Source: an uncultured Acidobacteriota bacterium
GTDB taxonomy: Bacteria; Acidobacteriota; Vicinamibacteria; Vicinamibacterales; UBA8438
Direction of reading: 5' to 3'
Assembly: GCA_913043225.1 (NCBI GenBank)
Contig: CAJWLU010000009.1
Span: 64,001-128,000, forward strand
Length of the DNA stretch: 64,000 nt
The position numbers were made by a program, and so were the translations under genes. Below are positions 27,833 through 37,432 of this stretch, in pieces; position 1 is the first letter of the stretch, and every line of letters starts with the position of its first letter. The notes under the pieces were generated by a model. The model saw only the letters and a list, made by a program, of their open reading frames with translations. It was not told the DNA's origin and made no database searches.

Positions 27833-29563
27833 ATGCCACGTCGCCTTGCTGTCCTGGTCGGTTCGGTGGTCGCCGCCAGCCTGCTCTTGTCCGATGCTCG
27901 TGCCCAGACGGCGTTCGAGCCGGTTACCGACGAGATGCTGCAGAACCCAGCGCCCGGCGATTGGCTGATGTGGCGCCGGACGCTGAACGGGTGGGGCTAC
28001 AGCCCGCTCGACCAGGTTAATAAGGAGACGGTGGCCGAACTGCAGATGGTGTGGACCCGAGGGCTTCGGCCCGGCGCCCAGGAGGGCACGCCGATCGCCT
28101 ACGGCGGCACCCTCTATATGCCCAACCCCAACGAGGTCGTGCAGGCGATCGACGCGGTCACCGGCGATCTCAAGTGGGAGTACAGGCGGAATATTCCAGA
28201 GGACGTGCCGGAGGTGATGGGCGGGCTGACCGAGAATAATCGGAACCTGGCCATCTATGGTGACAAGATCATCGACACTGCCAACGACGACTACCTGTAT
28301 GCGCTGGAGGCCGAGACCGGCGAATTGGCCTGGGAGCACCAGATCTTCGACTACCAGGTGCATCCGGCTCGACACTCGTCGGGGCCGATTATCGCCACCG
28401 GCAAGATCATTTCCGGCCGCAGCTGTCGGCCGAGGGCGGGCCCGGTGTCGTGCGTGATCATCGCGCACGATGCCGACACGGGGGAGGAGCTCTGGCGTAC
28501 GGCGTTGATACCGGCGCCGGGTGAGCCGGGGGATGAGACTTGGGGTGGCGTGCCCTACGAAGAGCGAATGCACGTGGGCTCTTGGATGGTGCCCAGCTAT
28601 GACCCGGAACTGAATCTGATCTACGTCGGGACCTCGGTGACCTCACCGGCACCGAAATTTATGCTCGGCGGCCACCAACTCAAGCACCTCTACCATAACT
28701 CGACGCTCGCCATGGACGCCGACACCGGCGATATCCGCTGGTACTACCAGCACCTGAACGACCACTGGGATCTGGACCACCCCTATGAGCGTCTGTTGGT
28801 CGACACGGCGGTGGCTCCGGATCCGAGCGCTGTGGACTGGATCAACCCGCGGCTTCAGCTGGGAGAGGAGCGGAAGGTCATTACCGGGATTCCGGGGAAG
28901 ACCGGTGTCGTCTACACGCTCGACCGCGAGACTGGCGAGTTCCTGTGGGCTACGCCGACCGTGACCCAGAACGTGGTCAGCGACATCGATGGCGCGACCG
29001 GCGCGGTGACCGAGAACTCCGAGGTGGTCTTTACGGCGCTGGGACAGGAAGTGCTGTCGTGCCCGTCGTGGGGCGGAGGTAAGAACTGGCCGGCTGGCGC
29101 CTACAGCCCGCTGACCAATCGAATGTTCTTTCCGTTGCAGCAGACCTGTGCGCGCTTGCTTTCCACCATGGAGGGCGGTCTGGCCATCTACCGGCTGGCG
29201 GCGAGGATGCAGCTGTCGCCTGGTACCGAACTGCTGGGCACGGTGCGGGGTATCGATACCGCGACGGGTGAGACCACGTGGTTGCACGAGCAGCGAGCGC
29301 AGACCTTCTCGCTGGTGGCCACGGCCGGAGGACTGGTCTTCGGAGGAGATGGGAACGGTCGGTTCCGGGCCTTCGATCAGGACTCCGGTGAGGTGCTCTG
29401 GGAGGTTAACCTTGGGTCGCCGGTGACCGGGTTCCCGATCACTTATGCGGTCGATGGTCGCCAGTATGTCGTGGCCAGCACCGGCAGTCGGCGTCAGGCA
29501 CTCACGCCGGAGGTCACTCCGAGCGCCGGCAACAATATCTTCGTGTTCGCGCTCCCAGAATGA
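27833..29563 (+). CDS. PQQ-type alcohol dehydrogenase-like quinoprotein
   Basis: AGGAG RBS; GYSPLDQVN, QEGTP, YDPELNLIY, DHWDLD, PITYAVDGRQYV. Confidence 0.88.
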   Translation: MPRRLAVLVGSVVAASLLLSDARAQTAFEPVTDEMLQNPAPGDWLMWRRTLNGWGYSPLDQVNKETVAELQMVWTRGLRPGAQEGTPIAYGGTLYMPNPNEVVQAIDAVTGDLKWEYRRNIPEDVPEVMGGLTENNRNLAIYGDKIIDTANDDYLYALEAETGELAWEHQIFDYQVHPARHSSGPIIATGKIISGRSCRPRAGPVSCVIIAHDADTGEELWRTALIPAPGEPGDETWGGVPYEERMHVGSWMVPSYDPELNLIYVGTSVTSPAPKFMLGGHQLKHLYHNSTLAMDADTGDIRWYYQHLNDHWDLDHPYERLLVDTAVAPDPSAVDWINPRLQLGEERKVITGIPGKTGVVYTLDRETGEFLWATPTVTQNVVSDIDGATGAVTENSEVVFTALGQEVLSCPSWGGGKNWPAGAYSPLTNRMFFPLQQTCARLLSTMEGGLAIYRLAARMQLSPGTELLGTVRGIDTATGETTWLHEQRAQTFSLVATAGGLVFGGDGNGRFRAFDQDSGEVLWEVNLGSPVTGFPITYAVDGRQYVVASTGSRRQALTPEVTPSAGNNIFVFALPE

Positions 29564-29613
29564 TGGACGTCATCCGGGTCTGTTTAGTCGCGCGGTCGCG
29601 CGACTGATCCGAC

Positions 29614-30510
29614 GTGATTCCGATGCTGCAGCGAGCGGTTATGGTCGGGTGCCTGCTGGCCTTCGCTGGTCCAGTGGTCGGCCAGGTGTCGGTCGGGCTG
29701 ACGTTCCGGGTTCAGGCACATTATCCCGACGGCCGACCGGTGCTCGACCTGCAGCCTTATGAGGTGGTCATCGCTCAGGACGGTGTCAGGTGTCCGGTTG
29801 TGGATATGGAGCGGGTCGGTTGGCCGCTCAAGGTCGTGCTACTGCTTGATGACTCGGTCTGGATGCAGGGCTACCTAGTGCACTTGCGGAACTCGCTGCG
29901 CGGTTTCGTGGACGCGCTGCCTAGCGGCGCTGAGGTGGCGGTGGTCACGATGTCCTACCGGCCGGACGACCTGCTGCAGTTCACGACCGATCGTGACGCG
30001 GTTGGACAGCAGCTCAGCGAGTATTTGGTGAAGCAATTTGCACGGGCCTCGTCCGCGAGTGCGCTGCGAGAGACGCTCGAGGCACTCTACCGAACCGATG
30101 CCGAAGGGCCCGTGATTGCGGTGGTGGCAGGGGATGGTCCAGATCCAGCCTTCGGTCCAGAGGAACTGAGAGAGACGGTCGAGCGTGTGCTGGAACTCGG
30201 TGCAACGGTGGATACGCTGGCACTGAGACCGCCCAGCGAGAGACCGCCCGATGGTCTGGCCCTTAGGTTCACCGAGATGACCAACGGCTGGTCGCGTCGG
30301 ATCGGGCGGCCTAGCCCGGCGGTGGGTAATCTGCTCCGTGAGATGGGGGAAACCATCGCGCGACGGGCCGGCGACGGTCCTAACCACTATCTCGTGAGTT
30401 GCGAACCTCAGAGAGATGCGCTCGCCGCCGAGTTGTTCGGGGTAGCCGTGCTCCGTGAGGGGGTCGAAGTTCGGGTTAACGGGCAGCTTTTCCGCAGCGC
30501 CGGTCCGTAG
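29614..30510 (+). CDS. Exported VWA-like domain protein
   Basis: DGRPVLDL...VVLLLDDS (degenerate MIDAS), FTTDRD; start uncertain. Confidence 0.6.
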   Translation: MIPMLQRAVMVGCLLAFAGPVVGQVSVGLTFRVQAHYPDGRPVLDLQPYEVVIAQDGVRCPVVDMERVGWPLKVVLLLDDSVWMQGYLVHLRNSLRGFVDALPSGAEVAVVTMSYRPDDLLQFTTDRDAVGQQLSEYLVKQFARASSASALRETLEALYRTDAEGPVIAVVAGDGPDPAFGPEELRETVERVLELGATVDTLALRPPSERPPDGLALRFTEMTNGWSRRIGRPSPAVGNLLREMGETIARRAGDGPNHYLVSCEPQRDALAAELFGVAVLREGVEVRVNGQLFRSAGP

Positions 30511-30515
30511 CGTCT

Positions 30516-32513
30516 TCAGGGAGTGTCTGGCAGGGCGAATGCCCAGAAACCTAGGCCTGACGCGATCGCGACATACTGGCGCCCCCCTACCATGTAGGTC
30601 ATCGGCGAGGCCTTCCAGTCCTGATTGGCCTGGAAGTGCCAGAGCGGGTCGCCCGTCTCGGCGTCCAGCGCGGCAAACGCGCCGCTGTCTTCCCCGAAGA
30701 AGACCAGGTCGCCTGCGGTTGAAAGGACGCCAGAATAGGTCTGCGCATACCCGGTCTGCGCATAGCTCCACGCTACCTCACCGGTCTGGATGTCGATGGC
30801 TCGGATAAATTTCTGGTTCGGTGAACCGTCGGCCAGACGCGCCGTACCGCTTAGCCAGCTTCGACCACGTTGCCAGGGGTCGTCGTTCTTGGTGTAGGTC
30901 ATGCACGACTCGTGCGCCAGGAGGTAGAACAGGCCGGTTCCCGGATGGTAGCTGGTGGCCCACCAGTTGGTGGCGCCTCGGATCGCGGGGCAGACATCGA
31001 CCCCTTCCTCGGTAGGGTCGGTGTTGGGCAGCACGATGGGCCGGCCTGAGTCGTTGAGTCCTTCGGCCCAGGTCTGCGGCACGAACGGCTCACCCAGTAG
31101 GAACTGGCCGTTGGTGCGGTCAAGGACGTAAAAGAAGCCGTTGCGATTGCCCTGGAGCAGCAGCTGACGTTCGCGCCCCCCGAACTCGGCGTCGACAAGC
31201 AGCAGCGGCTCCTGTGCGTCCCAGTCGTGCGTGTCGTGCGGCGTGAACTGGAAGTACCACTCGAGTGCGCCGGTCTCGGGCCGTAGGGCCACGACGGAGT
31301 TCGTATAGAGGTTGTCACCTGGTCGCCGATCTCCATTGAGATCAGGACACGGGTTGCCCGTCGCCCAGTACAGCAGGTCGAGCTCGGGGTCGTAGCTGCC
31401 GGTCAGCCACGTTGCCCCACAGCCCTTGGCGAGGACTTCGGGGTCACCCCAGGTTTCGGAACCCGGTTCACCCGGAGCCGGAATAGTCCAGAAGCGCCAC
31501 GCTCGGTCGCCGGATTCAGCGTGGTACGCGTCGAGGAAGCCACGCAGTCCCGTGTCACCGGCGCTGATGCCAGCGATGACCAGGTCTCCTACCACCAGCG
31601 GCGCCGCGACTGCGCCGTAGTGGTCGCGATAGTCCGCCATCTCGGTATCCCAGACCAGGGTTCCGCTGAAACGGTTCAGTGCGATGACGTGTGCGTGGTC
31701 GGTCACGGTGAAGACGAGGTCGTTTCGGACCGCGACCCCTCGGTTCAGTCCGATGGCGGGATCGCCGACCAGGCCTTCGGTGCGCGGCTGCGAGTATCGC
31801 CAGATCTCGCGCCCGGTAGACGCATCGAGGGCGTACACCTGATTCACGCTCGTGACATACATCACTCCAGCGATGACCACAGGGGTACCCTCGAGCATTG
31901 GCACATCGGGAATCGGGTAGAACCACTGAGCAGTGAGTTGGTCGACGTTGTTGCGGTCGATCTGGTCGACCGCGCTGTGACGGTTCGACGAGTCGTCGCC
32001 GTTGTAGGAATTCCAGTCGACGTACGGTTCGATCGCCGCTTGCTGGAACCGGTCACCCTCTTTGCGAAGGAGGTGAAGCACTCCGTCGGCGGTGCGGAGT
32101 TGGGCGTCGAACCCGCTCTCGTTAAGCATCGTGCCCGCGAGGCTCGTGCCATCGGCCAGGGTGAACGATCCGGAACGTGGGCGTGGCGCTCGCGGATCCC
32201 GAGCCGCGGGGCCGGCTGCGGCGACCAGGCCTTTTAGATAGCTGACAAGCGGACCCATCTCGTCGGCCGGGACCAGAATCGCCGGCATGCCCCGCGCAGG
32301 CACGCCTTCGGTGATGATGGCGGCGAGCCGGTCGGTCGAGAGTGTCGCTGCCCGCGCCAGGATCGACCCGGCCCGGTCGCTACCCGTCCCATCCGCGCCA
32401 TGACAGAGCACACACCGAGACTCGTAGAAGGCCTGACCTTGGGCACCAGCCGGGTGTGGCAGGAGGACCGTTGCGCACAGGGCGACCAGCGTGCTGGAGA
32501 CAAGTTTGTGCAT
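30516..32513 (-). CDS. Quinohemoprotein: N-terminal cytochrome c plus PQQ-type alcohol dehydrogenase propeller
   Basis: CVLCH; EGTP, NRGVA, GNPCPD, GDNLYTNS, TPHDTHDWD, PMTYMVGGRQYVA. Confidence 0.9.
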   Translation of the reverse strand: MHKLVSSTLVALCATVLLPHPAGAQGQAFYESRCVLCHGADGTGSDRAGSILARAATLSTDRLAAIITEGVPARGMPAILVPADEMGPLVSYLKGLVAAAGPAARDPRAPRPRSGSFTLADGTSLAGTMLNESGFDAQLRTADGVLHLLRKEGDRFQQAAIEPYVDWNSYNGDDSSNRHSAVDQIDRNNVDQLTAQWFYPIPDVPMLEGTPVVIAGVMYVTSVNQVYALDASTGREIWRYSQPRTEGLVGDPAIGLNRGVAVRNDLVFTVTDHAHVIALNRFSGTLVWDTEMADYRDHYGAVAAPLVVGDLVIAGISAGDTGLRGFLDAYHAESGDRAWRFWTIPAPGEPGSETWGDPEVLAKGCGATWLTGSYDPELDLLYWATGNPCPDLNGDRRPGDNLYTNSVVALRPETGALEWYFQFTPHDTHDWDAQEPLLLVDAEFGGRERQLLLQGNRNGFFYVLDRTNGQFLLGEPFVPQTWAEGLNDSGRPIVLPNTDPTEEGVDVCPAIRGATNWWATSYHPGTGLFYLLAHESCMTYTKNDDPWQRGRSWLSGTARLADGSPNQKFIRAIDIQTGEVAWSYAQTGYAQTYSGVLSTAGDLVFFGEDSGAFAALDAETGDPLWHFQANQDWKASPMTYMVGGRQYVAIASGLGFWAFALPDTP

Positions 32514-32636
32514 CGAGCGGGCTCCGGTCTGAAGATGGACGGGTTTCAGGTAAATGGATTGTATCGCTCAGTCTTCCATTACAATTGATCGGGATCTGTT
32601 CGTCGCGTGGCAGAGCGCGGCGGGAGGAAGGACCAG

Positions 32637-33983
32637 ATGACACGGATTAGCACATCGTTCGGCGGATGCGCGTTTGCCGGTCTCGGGCTGGTGCTGGCTA
32701 TTCCGGCTGCTTCGTACGCGCAGGCAGAGGCAACGCCTACCTATAGCAAGGATGTGGCGCCGATTTTCCGCGAGAAGTGCGAGAACTGCCACCGGCCTGG
32801 CTACATCGCGCCGATGTCGCTACAGACCTACGCCGAGTCGCGGCCGTGGGCCCGCTCGATCAAGAACCGAGTCGAAACGCGGCAGATGCCGCCGTGGCAT
32901 CTCGACCCCACGGTCGGCATTCAGGAGTTCGATAACGACCGGTCGTTGACCCGCGAGGAGATCGACACCATCGTGCGCTGGGTCGACGGTGGCGCCCAGC
33001 AGGGGAATCCGGCCGACATGCCGCCGGCGGCGGTGTTCGCCGACGACGATGTCTGGAACTTCGCCGACCGATTTGGAGGCCCCCCCGATCTGATCGTCAA
33101 GTCGACGCCCTACACTATGCCGGCGCTGTCGCAGGACCACTGGTGGAAGCCGCTGGTGCCGACCGGTCTGACCGAGGACCGCTGGGTGCGGGCCATCGAG
33201 ATCCGCCCCTCGACCGTCCAGGGCCGGAAGATTACCCACCATGCGCTGGCCCGCCTTGTGCAGGAGGAGGACGAAGCCGACAAGGAAAACCTTCTTCAGG
33301 GTGCTGGGCTGCTTATGGAGTGGGCGGTCGGTAAGCAGGGCGAGATCATGCGGGAGAACAGCGGCAAGCTGGTGAAGGCTGGCTCGCAGATCCACTGGGA
33401 TATCCACTACTCGTCGGCCGGTGAGGAGATCACTGATCAGGCTGAACTGGGCCTGTATTTCTATCCGAAGGACGAGCCCCCCAAGCACCGTCAGGTGCTG
33501 TCGATCTGGATGGGCATTGAGGGCGGACCGAGAAACCTGCTGATTCCACCTAACACCGTGCTGTCGACTGAGTCGAACATCGTGCTCCGCGAGAACGGCC
33601 GGATCGAAAATTTCCAGCCGCATATGCACTTGCGTGGAGACGGAATGCAGATGACTGCCATCACACCGAATGGGCGCACGCAGGTGCTGAGCCGGGTGAG
33701 CGATTTCAACTTCAACTGGCACAACAACTACGTCTACGCCGACCACGCCGCCCCGCTGTTGCCCAAGGGCACGGTAATCGAGGTTAAGGCATGGTGGGAC
33801 AACACGTCGACCAACCGAGCCAATCCGGACCCTAATCAGTGGGTGGGCTGGGGAGATCGGACCGTGGATGAGATGGCGCACGCCTGGGTGAATGTCACCT
33901 ACATGGACGACGAAGACTTCGAGGCTGCGCAGGCCGAGCGCGAAGAGGTGCTGGCCGAGCTCGAGGACGGCGACGGCGAGTAG
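32637..33983 (+). CDS. Cytochrome c fused to a copper type II (PHM/DBH-like) monooxygenase domain
   Basis: CENCH and MPPW; THHA, HY, PHMHLRG and DEM copper-ligand motifs. Confidence 0.82.
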   Translation: MTRISTSFGGCAFAGLGLVLAIPAASYAQAEATPTYSKDVAPIFREKCENCHRPGYIAPMSLQTYAESRPWARSIKNRVETRQMPPWHLDPTVGIQEFDNDRSLTREEIDTIVRWVDGGAQQGNPADMPPAAVFADDDVWNFADRFGGPPDLIVKSTPYTMPALSQDHWWKPLVPTGLTEDRWVRAIEIRPSTVQGRKITHHALARLVQEEDEADKENLLQGAGLLMEWAVGKQGEIMRENSGKLVKAGSQIHWDIHYSSAGEEITDQAELGLYFYPKDEPPKHRQVLSIWMGIEGGPRNLLIPPNTVLSTESNIVLRENGRIENFQPHMHLRGDGMQMTAITPNGRTQVLSRVSDFNFNWHNNYVYADHAAPLLPKGTVIEVKAWWDNTSTNRANPDPNQWVGWGDRTVDEMAHAWVNVTYMDDEDFEAAQAEREEVLAELEDGDGE

Positions 33984-34013
33984 TCTGGTCACACCGACGG
34001 CCACGGGGAATAT

Positions 34014-34047
34014 CGGAGCCGGCCCGGGACGATTCGGGGCGGCTCCG
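34014..34047 (+). other. Intercistronic stem-loop
   Basis: CGGAGCCGGCCCG...CGGGGCGGCTCCG with one mismatch. Confidence 0.45.
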
Positions 34048-34068
34048 TCACGTACGAGGAGAACGGAA

Positions 34069-34902
34069 ATGCGGTTCGATCTGGCTTGCTTGGTCGGAGG
34101 GGTCGTCGTGCTGCTGGGCGCCGCTGGGGCGTCGGCGCAGATACCGGGCTCGCTGGAGAACTTCGGTGGGCCGGTAGCCCCGATGTTCGAAGGCTGGTAC
34201 GACAACGGCGACGGCACGGTGACCGTGTTGGTGGGCTTCTTCAACCCTAACCAAGAAGAGGTGATCGACATCCCGGTTGGCGAGCTGAACCGGTGGGAGC
34301 CTGGCGACGACGACCGGGGCCAGCCGACGCACTTTCCGCCCGGGCGTGGCTGGGGGGTCATGACACTCCAGGTGCCGCGCGACTTCAGCGGCGAGCTGCG
34401 CTGGGCGTTGTCGGCCAACGACCAGCCGACGTCGATACCGGTAAACCTCGACGCGCCGTACTTCATCGAGCCGCTTCGTGACGCGGCTGACGGCAATGAA
34501 CCGCCCACGATCCGTTTCGCCGAAAACGGTGGGGGCTTCACTGGCCCGCCGATCGGTATCGCGTGGGAGATGACCGCCACGGTAGGTGTCCCGCTTGAGC
34601 TGAGTGTGTGGACCTCCGACGTTAAGCCGGAGCATGAGGAGCCGGGCGGAGGTGGCGGTCGTCGCCGGGCGACCCTGACGTTGAACTGGTACTTGCACCG
34701 CGGTCCGGCCGACGTGGAGATCGGAGAAACGTCGCAGCGGTTTACCGACTCTGCGGATCAGAATCCCCGGACCACGGTGACCTTCAGCTCCCCTGGTGAG
34801 TACGTCCTCAGGGCCGAGGCGCTCGACGAGACCGGGGCCGGCGGCGGCGGCTTCCAGTGCTGCTGGACGTCGGCGCTGGTGAAGGTGACGGTCGCTCCGT
34901 AG
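34069..34902 (+). CDS. Exported hypothetical protein with a PKD/Ig-like C-terminus and vicinal Cys-Cys
   Basis: GAGGAG RBS; P.FEGWY, GQPTHF.PGR, FSSPGEYVLR, FQCCWT. Confidence 0.8.
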   Translation: MRFDLACLVGGVVVLLGAAGASAQIPGSLENFGGPVAPMFEGWYDNGDGTVTVLVGFFNPNQEEVIDIPVGELNRWEPGDDDRGQPTHFPPGRGWGVMTLQVPRDFSGELRWALSANDQPTSIPVNLDAPYFIEPLRDAADGNEPPTIRFAENGGGFTGPPIGIAWEMTATVGVPLELSVWTSDVKPEHEEPGGGGGRRRATLTLNWYLHRGPADVEIGETSQRFTDSADQNPRTTVTFSSPGEYVLRAEALDETGAGGGGFQCCWTSALVKVTVAP

Positions 34903-35340
34903 TGCCCGGACGGTCCGCCCGTTGGCTGTTGGGACCGGGCGACGACGTGACGTTCGCTAGGGGCTAGCCCTATTCGATCCCATTCGCCGTTTAACCGACA
35001 TCAGTTATTTGAGCCGCTCCATCTGGCTCTCCCGTCCCGCGTTGCGCCGAATTTGTTCGAGTCGCACGGAGTTGTCCCGAAGTGCCTCTCGTGCCTGAGC
35101 GGTGCAGTCCACCAGCGTGACGTCCTTCGAGCGATCTTCGGCAAGGATTCGATGGGGGCCATGTCGCTTGTTTCGCCTGGAAAATCTTCATTGGATGTCG
35201 AACCTTGGTCGACACGCAAAGGGTCACCGTAAGCCGCTTCTGCAATGGCCGTCGTCGGCGAACGGGTGTATAAGGGGCAAGAACGGAGGAATATGAGACC
35301 AGGCACCCCTCGCTGGGGTCCGGTCGGGGGAGAATCTGCA

Positions 35341-36357
35341 ATGAGCTGCCGAGCTGTCGTGTCAGGTCTCGTCTGGAGCGTGGTGGTCGGAAGTTTTGGA
35401 GTTGGCGGTCTCGCCGAGGCGCAAGAGGTTCCGCGCACCGGGTGGGGAGCGCCTGACCTCCAGGGGGTCTGGGATTTTCGCACCATTACTCCGATGCAGC
35501 GCCCTGAACACTACGGGGACAAAGAGTTCCTCACCCCAGAGGAGGCGGCTGAGCTTGACGCTGCCGAAGAGGAACGTCAGCGGTTACTCTGGCAGGCGCC
35601 CGCCGAGCGGACTACCGCCGGTGAGAACGTCGACCGACGAACCGGGGTCGGTGAGGTGCGCGGGGCACCAGGGTCCTACAACCAGTTCTGGATCGACGTT
35701 GGCACCAACACGATCGAGACCCGCCGAACGTCGCTCGTTATAGACCCGCCGAACGGTCGTTACCCGGAGCAGACCGAGGCCGCTCGTGAGCGAGCCTCGG
35801 CGCGCCGCGCCTATGCTGCCGAGCACCCTGCCGACAGCTGGGAGGACTTCAGCGCCGGGGTTCGTTGCATCCTTGGTTTCAATGCAGGTCCTCCGTTCAC
35901 CCCGAGCGCCTACAACAACAACATCCAGCTGTTCCAGACCCCAGACCACGTCGTGATCATGACCGAAATGGTTCACACTTCCCGGGTGATCCCGCTTGAT
36001 GGGCGCCCGCATCTTCCGGCAGGCGTTCTGCAGTGGTCGGGCGATTCACGCGGCCAGTGGGAGGGTGACACGCTGCTGATCGAAACCCGGAATTTCGATC
36101 CCAAGCGCCGCTGGCGGAACACGACGGGCCGCGCGAGACTGATCGAGCGGTTGACCCGCATCGACGAGGACACGCTCGAGTACGAGTTCACTGTTGAGGA
36201 TTCAGAGACCTGGATGCGGCCGTGGACGGCCAGCGTGCCGCTCCGTCTGAATCCTGATCCCGTCTTCGAGTTCGCTTGCCACGAGGGCAACTATTCGATG
36301 CCCGTGATGCTCGGTGGGGCCCGCGTCGAGGAACTCGAGGCGGCTGGGGCGCGGTGA
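35341..36357 (+). CDS. PDLQGxW...ACHEGN family exported protein (paralog 2)
   Basis: PDLQGVW, YNQFW, RTSLVIDPP, AYNNN, FEFACHEGN; start approximate. Confidence 0.85.
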   Translation: MSCRAVVSGLVWSVVVGSFGVGGLAEAQEVPRTGWGAPDLQGVWDFRTITPMQRPEHYGDKEFLTPEEAAELDAAEEERQRLLWQAPAERTTAGENVDRRTGVGEVRGAPGSYNQFWIDVGTNTIETRRTSLVIDPPNGRYPEQTEAARERASARRAYAAEHPADSWEDFSAGVRCILGFNAGPPFTPSAYNNNIQLFQTPDHVVIMTEMVHTSRVIPLDGRPHLPAGVLQWSGDSRGQWEGDTLLIETRNFDPKRRWRNTTGRARLIERLTRIDEDTLEYEFTVEDSETWMRPWTASVPLRLNPDPVFEFACHEGNYSMPVMLGGARVEELEAAGAR

Positions 36358-37217
36358 ATCGACGATGGACCGTGCTGTCAGTCTTGGCGCTGTTCTCAGC
36401 GCTGGCGCATCCTGCGCGCGCGCAACTCGCCGAGCCCAACGCCTCTGGGGTGGCGATGGGACACCTTCACTACTACGTGCGCGACCTGGATGCCAACCAG
36501 CAATTTTGGGAGGCACTAGGTGGAGTGGCGTCAGAGTTTGGGTCGTCGAGGGTGCTGTCGTTTCCCGGGGTCCTAGTCTTCCTGACCGAGGGAGAGCCTG
36601 AGGGTGGGACCGAGGGTTCGGTGCTCAACCACATGGCCTTTAGGGTGTGGTCGCTCGATCAGGTGGCGGCGGCAGGGCTGACCTTTGATGTGTCCGAGCG
36701 ATTCCCCGGAGTGACCAACGTGTTCACGCCGGAGGCCGAACGGATCGAGCTCTTCGACGAAAGCGCGACCAATCTTGAGTTCACTCTGGCCGACGGTGGC
36801 CGGGATCCTGTTGCAGATCGTCACAATCGACCGCTTCTTGGACCGATTGCCGCCCACCATTTCCATCTCTATCTGACGGCGGACGAGGTGGCTATGGCGC
36901 AGGTGTGGTACGCCGAGACGTTTGGCGGGATACCTGGGACCCGGTGGCGTTACGACGCAGTCGATCTCCCCGGCATCAATATCAACTTTTCGCACAATCC
37001 GGACGCTGGAGGAGTGGGCACTAGGGGGCGGATGCTGGACCACGTCGGTTTCGAGGTGGACGGGCTCGAAGCGTTCTGTGCTGAGCTCGAGGCACGAGGA
37101 ATCCAGTTCGACGTGTCCTACACGGTCCATGCGTCAGGCATCGGGTACGCTTTTCTCACCGATCCATGGGGCGTCTACATTGAGTTGACCGAGGGCCTGC
37201 GATCGCTCGGGTTCTGA
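36354..37217 (+). CDS. Exported VOC/glyoxalase family protein (two domains)
   Basis: GTGA overlap; MGHLH, NHMAF, HHFH, DHVGFEV, TDPWGVYIELTE. Confidence 0.85.
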   Translation: MNRRWTVLSVLALFSALAHPARAQLAEPNASGVAMGHLHYYVRDLDANQQFWEALGGVASEFGSSRVLSFPGVLVFLTEGEPEGGTEGSVLNHMAFRVWSLDQVAAAGLTFDVSERFPGVTNVFTPEAERIELFDESATNLEFTLADGGRDPVADRHNRPLLGPIAAHHFHLYLTADEVAMAQVWYAETFGGIPGTRWRYDAVDLPGININFSHNPDAGGVGTRGRMLDHVGFEVDGLEAFCAELEARGIQFDVSYTVHASGIGYAFLTDPWGVYIELTEGLRSLGF

Positions 37218-37432
37218 CGGTTGGGCCGTGGGGCATCAGGTTCAAGGACGCGGTACACGAAGCAGAGTGATCTCACGACCGACGATGCTCCGGACCCAGA
37301 CGCGCCTGTGGAACGGAAGTCGGCTGTGGCGCTGTTGGAGGTCTTGTCCGACATGCTTATCGCAAACGGGGTAAGACGAAGCGACGGCGGAGCCAGACGC
37401 CGAAGATCTATGCACCAGAGAACGTGAACGCC

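Noticed and set aside
32820..34580. 586-aa minus-strand ORF
   Set aside because: Antisense shadow of two well-supported plus-strand genes; typical of high-GC codon bias; no motifs.
34903..35340. Short ORFs in the 440-bp gap
   Set aside because: One minus frame looks protein-like (…AREALRDNSVRLEQIRR…) but has no start codon and no family I can name.
37221..37427. 68-aa ORF between convergent genes
   Set aside because: TTG start, no RBS, no motif.
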